Of a stretch of DNA of 64,000 nt, positions 39,201-50,326 are shown in pieces. Each line of letters opens with the position of its first letter. Positions within the stretch are counted from its first letter, which is position 1. The stretch is from the NCBI GenBank assembly GCA_030390025.1, contig CM059431.1:141548001-141612000 (forward strand), read 5' to 3'. This stretch comes from Squalus acanthias (lineage: Eukaryota). Position numbers and translations under genes: made by a program. Below the pieces are notes generated by a model that searched no databases, was not told where the DNA came from, and saw only the letters and a list, made by a program, of their open reading frames with translations.

Positions 39201-40585
39201 ATAGTGGAGGCATTGGTTGTCATCTTCCTAAATTCTATAGATTATGGAATAGTTCCTGCAGATTGGAGATTGGCATATGCAACCCCACTATTTAAAAAAG
39301 GAGGGAGGGAGAAAACAGGGAACCACAGACCGGTTATGCTAACATCAATAGTAGGGAAAATGCTAAAGTCTATTATCAAGGATGTGATACCAGGACACTT
39401 AGAAAATATCAACGGGATTAGACAAAGTCATCATGGATTTATGAAAGGGAAGTCGTGTTTGACAAACCTTCTGGAGTTTTTTGAGGATGTAACTGGTAGA
39501 ATAGATAAGGGAGAGCCAGTAGATGTGGTGTATTTGGATTTTCAGAAGGCCTTTGAAAAACTCCCACATAAGAGGTTAGTGTGCAAAATTAAAGCACATA
39601 GGATTGGGGTAATATACTGGCATGTATTGAAAATTGGTTAACAGACAGGAAACAGAGAGTAGGAATAAATGGGTCTTTATCGGGGTGTCAGGCGGTGATT
39701 AGTGGGGTGCCGCAGGGATCAGTGAGTGAGCAAATACATGGCAGATGCAGTGTAATGTGGTTAAATGTGAAGTTATCCACTTCGGTCGGAAAAACAGAAA
39801 GGCAGACCATTATTTAAATGGTGATAGATTGGGAACTGTTGATGTACAAAGGGTACACCAGCCCTTGTACACTAGTCCTTGTACACCAGTCACTGCAAGC
39901 AAACATGCAGGTGCAGCAATCAGTTAGGAAGGCAAATGGTATGTTCGCCATCATTGCAAGAGGATTAGAGATAGGTGCAAGGATTTCTTGCTACAGTTAT
40001 ACAGTGCCTTGGTGAGATCCCACCTGGAGTACTGTGTGCAATTTTGGTCTCCTTACCTAAGAAAGGATATACTTGCTATAGAGGGAGTGCAGCGAAGGTT
40101 CACCAGACTGATTCCTGGGATTGCAGGACTGTCGTATGAGGAGAGACTGTTTCGACTAGACTTGTATTCACTGGAGTTTAGAAGAATGAGAGGAGATCTC
40201 AATGAAACTGATAAAATTCTGACAGGGCTAGACCGATTGGATGCAGGCAGGATGTTTCCCCTGGCTGGGAAGTTTAGAACGAAGGTTCACAGTCTCAGGA
40301 TAGGGGGTAGGACATTTAGTACTGAGATGTGGAGAAATTTCTTCACTCAGATTGTGGTGAATCTGAGGAATTCTCTACCACAGATGGCTGTGGAGGCCAA
40401 GTCAATGAATATATTTAAGAAGGAGATCGATAGATTTGTAGACACAAAAGGCTTCAAGGAGTATGGGGAAAGAGCGGGATTATGGAATTGTGATAGAGGA
40501 TCAGCCATGATCATATTGAATGGCGGTGCAAGCTCGACGGGTCGCATGGCCGACTCCTGCTCCTATGTTTCTATGTTTCTATGTC
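36233..40585 (+). mobile_element. Near full-length CR1 LINE: 5' UTR, ORF1 (zinc finger and SGNH esterase), ORF2 (APE and RT); disrupted
   Basis: ORF1 CCCCNMWE...YICDKC, VVVVDSIVRG, CCLPGA, VHVGTND; ORF2 YLNARSI, VDVVYLDFQKAF, HLEYCVQFWSP; CTATGTTT tandem tail. Internal deletion near 39725. Confidence 0.92.
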
Positions 40586-41008
40586 GGTTATCACTAGTAG
40601 TGGAGGAGCAGGGTCACGTCTAGTGTAAGTTTTAAGAGCTAATATTACCAGAGGAACAAGGTCATCTCTAATGCTGCAGAACTGTTTCATATATTGCAGG
40701 ATTTGTTTCACCGCCTGTTCTGGAGGAGTTGGAGCACTAGGAGTCAGTGAAGGGCAGGGTCAGGGCGATGACTGCCAGGGGAGCAGCTTCCGCCAGTTCT
40801 GCTGGAATAGGGTCAGCTCCATTATTGGGTGATTCCAGTTTCCATTTGTAAGGAATGTTTGTATTATGTGTATTTTTGAAACTGTACAATAGCAATTTCA
40901 TTAATTTCTCTTAATCTGAATTAACAGTCAAAAAAAAAACTTACCTCAGTCTATTTGTTAAATGACTGTAACTAATGCCAATTATGATTTAACCTGATTG
41001 ACTCCCTT

Positions 41009-41078
41009 GCGGATTGATGTGTGGATAAATATAGCTTCCATTCCATTGTCTCAGCCGTGCGCCAGTCAGAATCTTTCA
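41009..41078 (+). promoter_or_regulatory. Putative core promoter of GPCR copy A
   Basis: TATA-like ATAAATATAG at 41025-41034, about 80 bp upstream of the ATG; the 70-bp block differs at only about 3 positions from the inverted copy at about 56599-56668. Confidence 0.5.
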
Positions 41079-41110
41079 GCTCGAACAGAATTCATCCAAT
41101 CTCACAGAAA

Positions 41111-42514
41111 ATGGGGCGACCAGCTATACTGCTGATAAAAGAGATTTACTACCCGATTCTCGCAGCTTTCGGTGTCCCCGGTGAGCCATTGTAACCTGCT
41201 TGTTGTTAATCGGTGTTTACTGCCTCTCTGTTCATATCGCATGTTGGATAGGGTAACTGTTTTGCAGATGTCAGCATGACACAGTGACCCGCGTGTCCAC
41301 ACTTTCCACGTTTCCCTTAATACCATAACCTGAGTGATGTTACTTTGCTATTAGAAGCTCCAAAACAAGGATTTTAGCGGAAATCCGTCCTTCTTGTCCC
41401 CCCGTGCAGAGTGAACGCTGCAGCAGCTCATTAAAATGTGTGGGTGGGTTTCCCAGGTAATGGCTCCAAAACTAATCCTGTTCTCACTCTGCTCCGTGTG
41501 GATAATCACACTGAATGGAGTTAAATGCTCTCGACAGGGATCTCCATATATATTTCAATCAGAATATTAATTCTCTCCTCTCTCTTTCTTACAGCGAACT
41601 TGGTGACAATTGTGATTCTCTCCCGAGGAAACTGCGGCCTTTCCAAGTGTATCTCTGTCTACATGGTGGCCATGGCAACAGCCGATCTACTGGTCATGAT
41701 CTTCAATGTAATGGTGTATTATATTTTCAGTTATCACTTTCCAGTTTCATTCCTGTCCCAGACTCCGGTGTGTATGTTCAATCTATACATGAAAGCTGTC
41801 ACCTTCGATTTGTCTGTTTGGTTCACCGTCTCCTTCACATTTGACCGATTTGTAGTTATCTGCTGCCAGAAGTTTAAAGTGAAGTATTGCACCGCGAGAA
41901 CTGCGGCCGCGGTTATAACAGCGTTCTCGGTCCTTGTCTTTTTAAAGGGCATCCCCGTATTGTTTGCATTTGAACCGCAGCAAATAATTAACAAGGTGCA
42001 GTGGGGCTGCCGGAACAATGTAGCTTTATTTTCCTCACCTCAAGGTGTAGCGTATCTCTGGTTTCACACCATATGGCGCGTTTGGCTTCCCTTTACGTTA
42101 ATGGCCTTGTTTAATTGTTTGACCGTCAGACGTATTTTAGTGGCCAGCAGAGCCCGCAGGGGACTCCGGGGTCACAGCAGTGAGAATCAGAGCGATCCAG
42201 AGATGGAGAGCCGAAGGAAATCCATCATTTTGCTCTTCGCTATATCGGGCAGTTTTATATTGCTTTGGCTGACAACTGCCGTGAATGTCTTAATTACCAG
42301 AATGACAAATGTCAATTATTACCGAGGCGACCGCACAAACGCAGCCTATATCGTCACTGAAACCGGAGATCTGCTGAAGCATTTGAGTTCCTGTCCGAAC
42401 ACGTGTATTTATGCAGCGACCCAGAGGAGATTCAGAGAAGAGCTGAAGAAACTGCTGAAATCTCCCTGGACATTGATTCTAAGATTGGTTAAACATGAAA
42501 GAAAGCCGAATTAG
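41111..42514 (+). CDS. Class A GPCR, GPR139/GPR142-like, 329 aa; exons 41111-41180 and 41595-42514; intact
   Basis: Exon 1 MGRPAILLIKEIYYPILAAFGVP, phase-1 donor GTGAGC, acceptor TTTCTTACAG. Exon 2 ANLVTIVILSRGNCGLSK...MATADLL...FTFDRFVVICC...SCPNTCIY; seven hydrophobic segments; spliced length 990 nt. Confidence 0.9.
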
Positions 42515-43927
42515 AGCTTCGGTTGGGACATTAGAATTCCGTTCCAGCTCGTGTTCCAACTTAGACTGAGGTTCTCTCTGCTAACCGCTACATAGGATTG
42601 TTCTTGTAAAAACTCACAGGTACACGAGTATATTTGGGGCCCTTTGTAGCATTTAACGCCAACAAGGACTGTTGGTTTCCGCAGATCTTTGGCCGAGTGA
42701 CTCCTCCCTAACAAGGTCATTCCCCCTTAAGTATGAAAAATGTCAGTGATTAAGTGAAATTTGAGAGTGTAATACAATAGTTGATTAACGGGTTTAATAT
42801 CTGATTCCGCGAGGACTGTAATTTAATTCTACCATATATTGACCAGATCAGTCACCAGATTTAGGGAAAGATTTAGTCGTTTACAATTTCCTGTCCCTTA
42901 CTTTTTCTGGCAGATTTTTGTGAAAATGTTGCTTGGACTGATTGTAGCTGCAAGGGCCGCTTCACCCCTTCTCCTGGGAATAAGGAGCGGTGCCGCTGTC
43001 CCCTTCTCAGTGTTTCACCATTTTTTGATTGTTAACTGGAGTTGCCTCGTTTTACCGTTTTTTCTGACGTCTTTATTAATGAGAAATAGTTGAAGTCTGT
43101 CCAGCAACATTAAATAAAGTTGTTACTTGCTGTTACTAAATGTATCATGGTGAATCTGACTGCTATTATTGTGAATCAGCGACCATGTAACCTGGTAACA
43201 CAGTGTAAGAAATAAGAATTTATAATCGGGGCTTTTCAGGCAAGGATCAGTAATCAGGACTCTCAGATATTTATATGGAATAATCTGCGGTGTGTGTTGG
43301 TGCACAGACAATGCCATGTAATACCCGTCCATTTTACCAACTGGCATTGAACGGGTACTCCCAGTGCAAGGCGGTGTATTCGGAGCTCCGTCCAGCACCA
43401 CTGGGGACCTGGTTTGGAGAGCGTAGCTCGGCACAACGGCTTCAGATGAGGATTCGAGCCAATTAACTAGCATTTTATCCGCCCGCTAATATCAGTGCCT
43501 CGGTTGAAACTGTTTTGCAATTTATTCTGCAGTACATGTGTTGCAGGTTGGAAGATGTCGAAGCGAAGCTGTCCCTCGAACTGGGTAAATCCACTGTTCA
43601 CACTGCAGAATGTGTAAGAAAGTCAGAGGACTGTCTCTGACTGCTTTCTGTTTCTATTAAGTTTACCGCATACACATATAAACAGGCAGCGCTGTGACAG
43701 CTCGATCTTTACACACCTTCTGAAATTAATGGGCGCCGCAGATATTAATTGTTCTGTTGGTTTATATTAATTTTAAACTGATTGGCTTGCATGCATTTTT
43801 TTTCGCCCAGTCGGATTGTATTTTTATCGCGGTCACTTCCATCTTCTGCATGCCTGTAGTTATCAGTCCATTAGGGATTAGTGGAATCTGAATATTCTGA
43901 AACTAAGGTCATTTTAAATTACGGCCT

Positions 43928-44057
43928 GGGTGGAAATCTGGCTGGAGCGGACTGTGCGCCAGTCATACACCCCGCCGAACTTCCCTTTTCAATGACTATA
44001 ATGAAACATAAAATTGGGCGGGTGTAAAATACGCTGCTGCCAATCGGCAGAATTCAC
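43928..44057. mobile_element. Possible small palindromic MITE
   Basis: Imperfect inverted repeat TACACCCCGCCGAACTT...AAATTGGGCGGGTGTA around a TCAATGA core. Confidence 0.35.
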
Positions 44058-45329
44058 TAAAGCGGAGGAAAGTTCAGTCAAATCACGGAATTATTGATGT
44101 GTTTCCTATTTTCCGAATAGTAATTGATAAAATATCAACACTTTTGAAGAAGCCTCCAATTGTTTCAAGACTCTTTACTGTCAGAGTCAGTTGGGCAGTG
44201 CCAGTATTTGGATTGTGGGTCTGTTTATATTTCTTTTAGATGAAACCTAGTCTCTCATAAATTCTTAGACTCAGTAACAGATTTAAATGTTTATTTAAAA
44301 TGTATTGCATAATCGGGTCGAAAGAAAGACTTAAAAATTGGGGTGTAACTCACGCGAATTTCTCCATCGTGTATCTACATGTCGGAACCCGATGATCGCG
44401 TTGGATGTGTTTGTATCACAGTGCAGAGAGTTCTGTGGTTGTAGACTGTTAGTGAAGGACTACACAGCTCCATCCCAAGTCTGACGGCGGTCCGTAACAT
44501 CGGAATCTGCCACTTGTTCCATTCAATGCTTGAAGAATGTAAAGGGATCTTTACCTCAGCCGGAATTAAATTTATCTTATGTTATATTAATGTTAAGAAA
44601 ATCAATGCCCAGAGCTGATGTCCACAAATCCTTCAACTGAAAGTGTATAATAAAGCTGCTGAACAAACAAACTGCAAGGAGTGAAAGATGCAGGAGCTCC
44701 TGAATATAATTGGTGATACGTCACAACATCGCCTGAGCGTTGCACCCATTGGCTGTTAGTGTCAGAAGTGTGACGAACCAGGTCCACTTTTGAAGCACTC
44801 GCTACGTCATCAGGAGCCCCCTACTCCAGACTGTGGCGATCTTCACAATGGTCCGCAGGAAGTGAGGTCACCGTCTAAGTGTCTGAGAACAGGAAATGCT
44901 GCCGCCGATCAGTGTCTGTGTCAGAATGCTTCGGCTTTCTCAGTGACCAGATGTAATTTTCCCAATCCCGGAATTCCGCCGGACCAACAAGGTAGGGGAG
45001 TAGAACCCAACACCAAGTCCGTCAGCCCCAGGATATCAGTTCACTCTACAACTCTTCAAGCAAAGAACATAGAGAATTGGACAAATATCACAGGGCAATG
45101 CAAATCGGACATTAATTCTGTAATGTCTAAAGTTCCAAATAATAAACTACATTTAATTTAATGTAATTAATTTAATTTTATTTCATTTCATTTATTTCAA
45201 ATTAAATTTAGTTTTATGAACTTTCGTGTAATTTAAATGGTATTTTATTTTCAAAATCTCGTTAAGCTTCCATCGTGATTTCTGTCACTGTGGAATTGAG
45301 ATGCTGCAACTTACATTGATAACAAAAAT

Positions 45330-46612
45330 GGATATTCCTGAGACATGTTGGAACTCCAGGGCGCTTCACTTGTCCATGATAATCACGTGTCCATGAAGTG
45401 CCTCCATCTGCTCGAACTTAAACTCAGAGTTTCTGAGCTTCAGGAGCGGCTGAAGTCAGTGCAGGGCTGAGAATTTGCTCGATCACATGTTCCAGGAGGT
45501 GCTCACCCCGCAGCCACAATGAGTTCAGGAGGATAGTAAGTTGGTGGCCATCGGCAGGGTGCGAAGAGGCAGATGGTGCTGGGATCCTACGGGAGCGTGG
45601 CACTCTCAAAGATGGGGCCGATTACAGACCAAAAAGGAGATTTTCTTGAGCAGGCAGGGGGCATGGCTTAGGTATTAAATGAATATTTTGCATTTGTCTT
45701 CACTAAAGAAAAGAATGCTGTCAATGTCACAGTAAAGGAGGCGATAGTAGATAAATTGGATAGGGAAAATATAAATAAAGAGGAGGTACTTAAAACATTG
45801 GAAGCGCTCAAAGTAGAAATGTCACCCGGTCCAAATGGGCTGTATCCTAGATAGCTGAGGGAAGTAAGGGCTGAAATTGCAGAGGCTCTGGGGTCAAAAA
45901 ATCTTCCAATCCTCCTTAGATATGGGTGAGCTGCCAGAGTAGTGGTGGATTGCAAACATTACACCCCATTCAAAAAAGGGGAGAGGGATAAACCTGGCAA
46001 CTACAGACCAGTCAACCTAAAGTGGTGCAGAAACATTTAGAGACAATAATCCGACAGAAACTTAATTAGCACTTAGAAAATGTGGGTTAATCAATGAAAG
46101 CCACGACGGATTTTTTAGTGGGGAATCATGTTTTACTAACTTGATCGAGTTCTTTCATGAAGTAACTGAGAGGGTTGATGAGGATAGTGTAGTTGATGTT
46201 GTGTATATGAAATTTCAAAAGACGTTTGACAATGTACTACATGCTAGACCTGTTAGCAAAAATTCAAGCCAAAACTGAATTCAAAATTGATAACAGAAAA
46301 AAGGAAGCTTAAGATAAATGTTGTGTAAATAATTATGGGGAGCACCAAACTGAATACAAATTAGGAATTGTTTTGATAAAGGAAATTCTACGATTTTTTT
46401 TCCAGGGGCAGACTGCTGAGTAACCAGAGGACACAGATTCAAGGTCATTGGCACAAAAACCAGCGGGGAGATGAAGTAAAATAAATGAAAATAAAATAAG
46501 TAGCAGAGGAGTGGAACTAATTGGTTCTCTCCTTCCAAGAGCTGGCACAGGCACAATGGGCCTAATGGCCTCCCTCTGTACTGTATAATTCTCGGATTCA
46601 ATGATTCTATGA
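45330..46612 (+). mobile_element. CR1 remnant with large internal deletions
   Basis: ORF1 zinc-finger remnant joined to RT remnants (AATGAATATTTTGCA, GGCAACTACAGACCAGTC, GATGTTGTGTATATG) and a GATTCTATGAT tail. Confidence 0.75.
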
Positions 46613-47369
46613 TCCCCGTGTCATTGTTCGTAGTCAGTCACAGTGTAGGGAGTAAATTTAACAAATGCTGCACTAAGAAAGCGGAGGGACTGATTGTGGG
46701 AAGTGGATGTGGGATCTTGGAGTAACTTTGGGAGATGTGGGTTCACAGTGAAGAGCTCAGACTGCAGAGAAAGACACAACATTCACGTAACCCCTCCGCG
46801 AGGCCTTTCTCACCAATTAGCAATAACAGTTAAGTAAGGGTAATTTCCTTTAAGATAAATTAGAATCAATCCGAAAAGTATAGCAATTGTTTTATTATTG
46901 CTAGTGGTTCACCTGGATCACATCGCTCACTATAACAAATCATTACGATACATTAATAAAGGCATTACATTCATAAAAATCATTTAAAATTGGAATGGAA
47001 ACTAAACACTAGGGGGTAGAAATTAGGTCGCGCCCCATTTGGGGCGCAAATATCGTCCGCGCGCAAATATTAGCGCCTGGCGCTAATTATCAGCACTGAC
47101 AGGAAACTTCACTTTTACCGCCCCGGGAGGTGAGTGGAGCGCTAAATTAGGCGCTGCACACCTCTCTTAAGGCGCAAAGGCCTAGGAGTGAGGCGCTACC
47201 TCAGCGCACGAGCGCAGCGCAGCTGCTGCCAGATAGCGAGGGAACACAGACACACTGGCGCCGGACACTTCTTAAAGCGGGGGGGGCCACTTGCTCCCCA
47301 GCCACACCCTGCTCATTGCAGCCTTGAATCTCAGCCTGGAGAGACCTGTAATCCATTTTGCTGCCAAGC

Positions 47370-47567
47370 ATGGAGAGGGTGAGAGAACGCGCTCATCGCT
47401 TCACCGAGCGGGCCTTGGATGCTCTGGTTGACGCAGTGGAGCGCAGACGATGCATGCTGTTCCCGGAGAGTGGCAGGAGGCCTTTGCCACGCGAGTTCAG
47501 AAGAGTGTGGAGGGAGGTGGCTCAGAGCGTCTCCTCCAGGAGCATGGTGCCCAGGACCCATGTCCAG
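47370..47567 (+). pseudogene. Harbinger Myb/SANT-like gene, 3'-truncated
   Basis: MERVRERAHRFTERALDALVDAVERRR...VWREVAQSVSSRSMVPRTHVQ, cut before the expected C-terminal recognition helix. Confidence 0.85.
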
Positions 47568-48435
47568 AGCGCTCAATAATGTTCCTGGTTGCTTGTTGGC
47601 TTTCCTGGTACCGCAGCTCAGCAGGGGTGTTTGGCGCACGGAGCGGTGTCATCAGCCAGGTGCTCAATGCGTACCCCTTATCCCCCAGAAGCCAACCAAC
47701 TGGCTGATGCGGTGCCTCGAAAATTTCTGCCACAGTACTCTGGCGCAGGATGAAAGCATCGTGGCAGCTGCCCGGATAGTGGGCATTGACAGCGAGAATC
47801 ACCTGTCTGTGGTCACAGACCAACTGCACATTCAAGGAATGGAACCCCTTTCTGTTCCGGAACTCCTCTGCATTCTCTCGCGGAGCACGCAAAGCCACAT
47901 GCGTGCAGTCAATGGCGCCCTGCACCATGGGGAAGCCCGCTACCCTCGCAAAGCCCATAGCACGGTCATGCTGCTTGTCTGGGGTCATAGGGAAGGAGAT
48001 GAAGTCTCGTCTCCTTGTGAAGAGGGCATTGGTGACCTGCCGGATGCAGCGATGCTCCGCAAACTGGGAGATATTGGCGAGGTCCCCAACAGCAGCTTGG
48101 AATGAGCCAGTGGCGTAGAAGTTCAAAGCCACTGTGACCTTCACTGCCACCGACAGAGACGTCCTGGACCTCAGCTGAGGCTGCAGATCTGGCTGCAGCA
48201 GGTGGCAGAGCTCAGTGACCACCTCCTTGCTGAATCGCAGCCTTCACAAACACAGCTCCTCGGACATGTGGATGTAGGAGAGCTGTTCACGATATACCCT
48301 GGGAGGGTAAGCTCTCCTGTACATGCGCCTGATGGCCCTCCTCCGTCTGGCCATCATTGCCACTCTCTGTCTGCGTCTCACTCTCCTCCGATTGAGCTGG
48401 AGCAGGACGACGCCCCCAATCATTGCAGCCCCCAT
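47568..48435 (-). pseudogene. Harbinger DDE transposase (HARBI1-like), one in-frame stop and 3' truncation
   Basis: ATG at 48435; TGA at 48244-48246 in frame with the next ORF; motifs ALNFYATGSFQ, GAIDCTHV, NRKGFHSLNVQLVCD, YPGSCHDAFIL, WLLGDKGY and TRNIIER. Confidence 0.9.
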
Positions 48436-49078
48436 ATTCTCTTTGGCAGAAAAGTAATGAGGTACAGCAACGAAAGTAGCAGCAAAGTTAGGATGAACTA
48501 GGCCAAACTACCTCACAAAGCGTTGAGTCAATGTAGAAGTGTCTCTCTCTCTCTCTCCGAATCTCTCTCTCTCTCTCAGAACGAGTGGTGCATAAATGTC
48601 GACCACAGAAAAAGACAGGAAGAGGCCCCCTTTAAATAGCGCCCCCCCCAGCCCCACACCGATTGATAACGTTCCAGTCTTCCGGTCGTTGGAAGCGCCA
48701 GGCGGTAAGGCAGGGGGCGCCACTCAATTTCCGCTCCGGGGCGCCCCAAGGGCGTTGCACCACAGAATGACGTCACAATCTGCGCGCGCAGGTGGTCGCA
48801 GCGGTAAGTTTTAGCGCCGCCGCACAATCTCAAGTTAAGTTCTCGAGCGGCACAAACAGCGCTGCGCCCGGGCGTTAGCGCCTTAACGCCCCATTAGCGC
48901 CCATTTAAGGCGCTAACGGGAGGCGCAACCAACTGAATTTTTACCCCCAGAAGTTTATCACCAATTATCTGTGTGAAATGTCTCTTGTAGTTTCACCACA
49001 ATCTTGCACCTCTTTCAGGAGCCGGATTTTTATATTTTGCTAAAATTTCAAAATCAAGAAGCTCAGCCCAGGACCGGT

Positions 49079-49141
49079 CTCCCATAATGCACCAGTTCTG
49101 TTTCAGTCTCTGTCACGGGTGGACTACAACTCCCAGAATCC
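49079..49141. promoter_or_regulatory. Pair of ZNF143/Staf-type binding motifs
   Basis: CTCCCATAATGCAC (49079-49092) and ACTACAACTCCCAGAATCC (49123-49141) match the SBS and ACTACAnnTCCCA consensus motifs. Confidence 0.55.
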
Positions 49142-50326
49142 AGCAGGGTATCAGTGCACGTCTGTCCGTTTAACTCGCAATTCTGCAATGCAGCATAAAC
49201 CTGCCCCTCCTCTTCAGTCCAATTAGTTAGTAAGGGGTTAAAGGAGTGAATGAAGGATTAATCTTCTTCCTCAGCATATATGCTTCAGGATAATAAAATT
49301 CAGCTTTCCAACAATGGGATCTCCACGACGTGGGAAAATACTTGGATTCGCAACACAGCAGATTCCGTATATTTGATGCTGTGTCGGGCCCCTTCAACAC
49401 AACACAACCGAATTCCATTGTTTGTACTTCAATAGGGTGCATATAACTGGGTCTCCAGATTTTGATTTGTTACAGTAGGGACAGGCAACACAGACTATCC
49501 CATTAACAACTGTGAGGATGATTAGTATAAATCGGCAACTTAACAACATAACATTAAATAATAGCGTTCCTATTATTGCCTCCTAAATTGAAGTAAATGT
49601 AGTGACAGGAGTATTCCACTTAAAAGTGTACTTTTTGATAATCTTCCCTTCTTTCAAGATCATCTTCTGTTTTTTTTCGTGGCATATCATGATTATTTAA
49701 CTTCTCAGATTGAGGTTCATCAGTTTAACTTTGCCTGTGTTATGCAGCACATGGATGTTGCAGTTTGTTTCGAGAAGGTTATGTTTGGCATGTGCTAAAC
49801 TTTCGATAAAATAGTTGTCAACTTCAGAGCCAGATAAATAGGTTTATACTGCATGACCGTTCTGATAACTCAGTAAATAACATACAGAATACAGTTACCC
49901 AGTGAGGTGAAATGTTCCGCCCGGCGCCCCTTCTCACTCCTAATTTCACATTTTCAACTTATAGAGCTTCATGATTGAACTTCTTGCTGCCGTGAAGAAT
50001 TTGGGTAATTTGTGCATTCTCCTCGTTACATTAAAACTGACATTAGATCAGCTGGAGGTTTCCTCTTTTCTAAAGATAGAAAGCAGGATTTTCTATAATT
50101 TCTTCAAAACTGGAATTGTGAATCCCTGGAATCTCTGGTACTGAGCTATGTGACCTATAAAGTGCAGAAATATACTTACCCTGATTAGCTTATCAGAATT
50201 GCCCACACAGCCCAAATGATGTAAACTCAACACGTCTTGTGTCAACAACAACAGATTTAATCGGAACTCTATTCCTCTGATATTCGAGGGGCCATTCTAG
50301 AACAAGGGGTAGATCTAGAACTATCA

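Larger units (their letters stand above)
47013..48947. mobile_element. Internally deleted Harbinger transposon with both TIRs
   Basis: Left GGGGTAGAAATT and right AATTTTTACCCC (1 mismatch); 3-bp flanks TAG and CAG; contains the 5' halves of the convergent Myb-like and transposase genes. Confidence 0.9.

Noticed and set aside
41525..41594. ATG at 41525 as start of a single-exon GPCR
   Set aside because: This segment is intron with a pyrimidine tract and AG. The real exon 1 (41111-41180) is conserved in the paralogue, where this ATG is not.
47497..48222. Domesticated host HARBI1 gene
   Set aside because: Bounded by TIRs, paired with a Myb-like gene, truncated and carrying a stop; it is a transposon copy.
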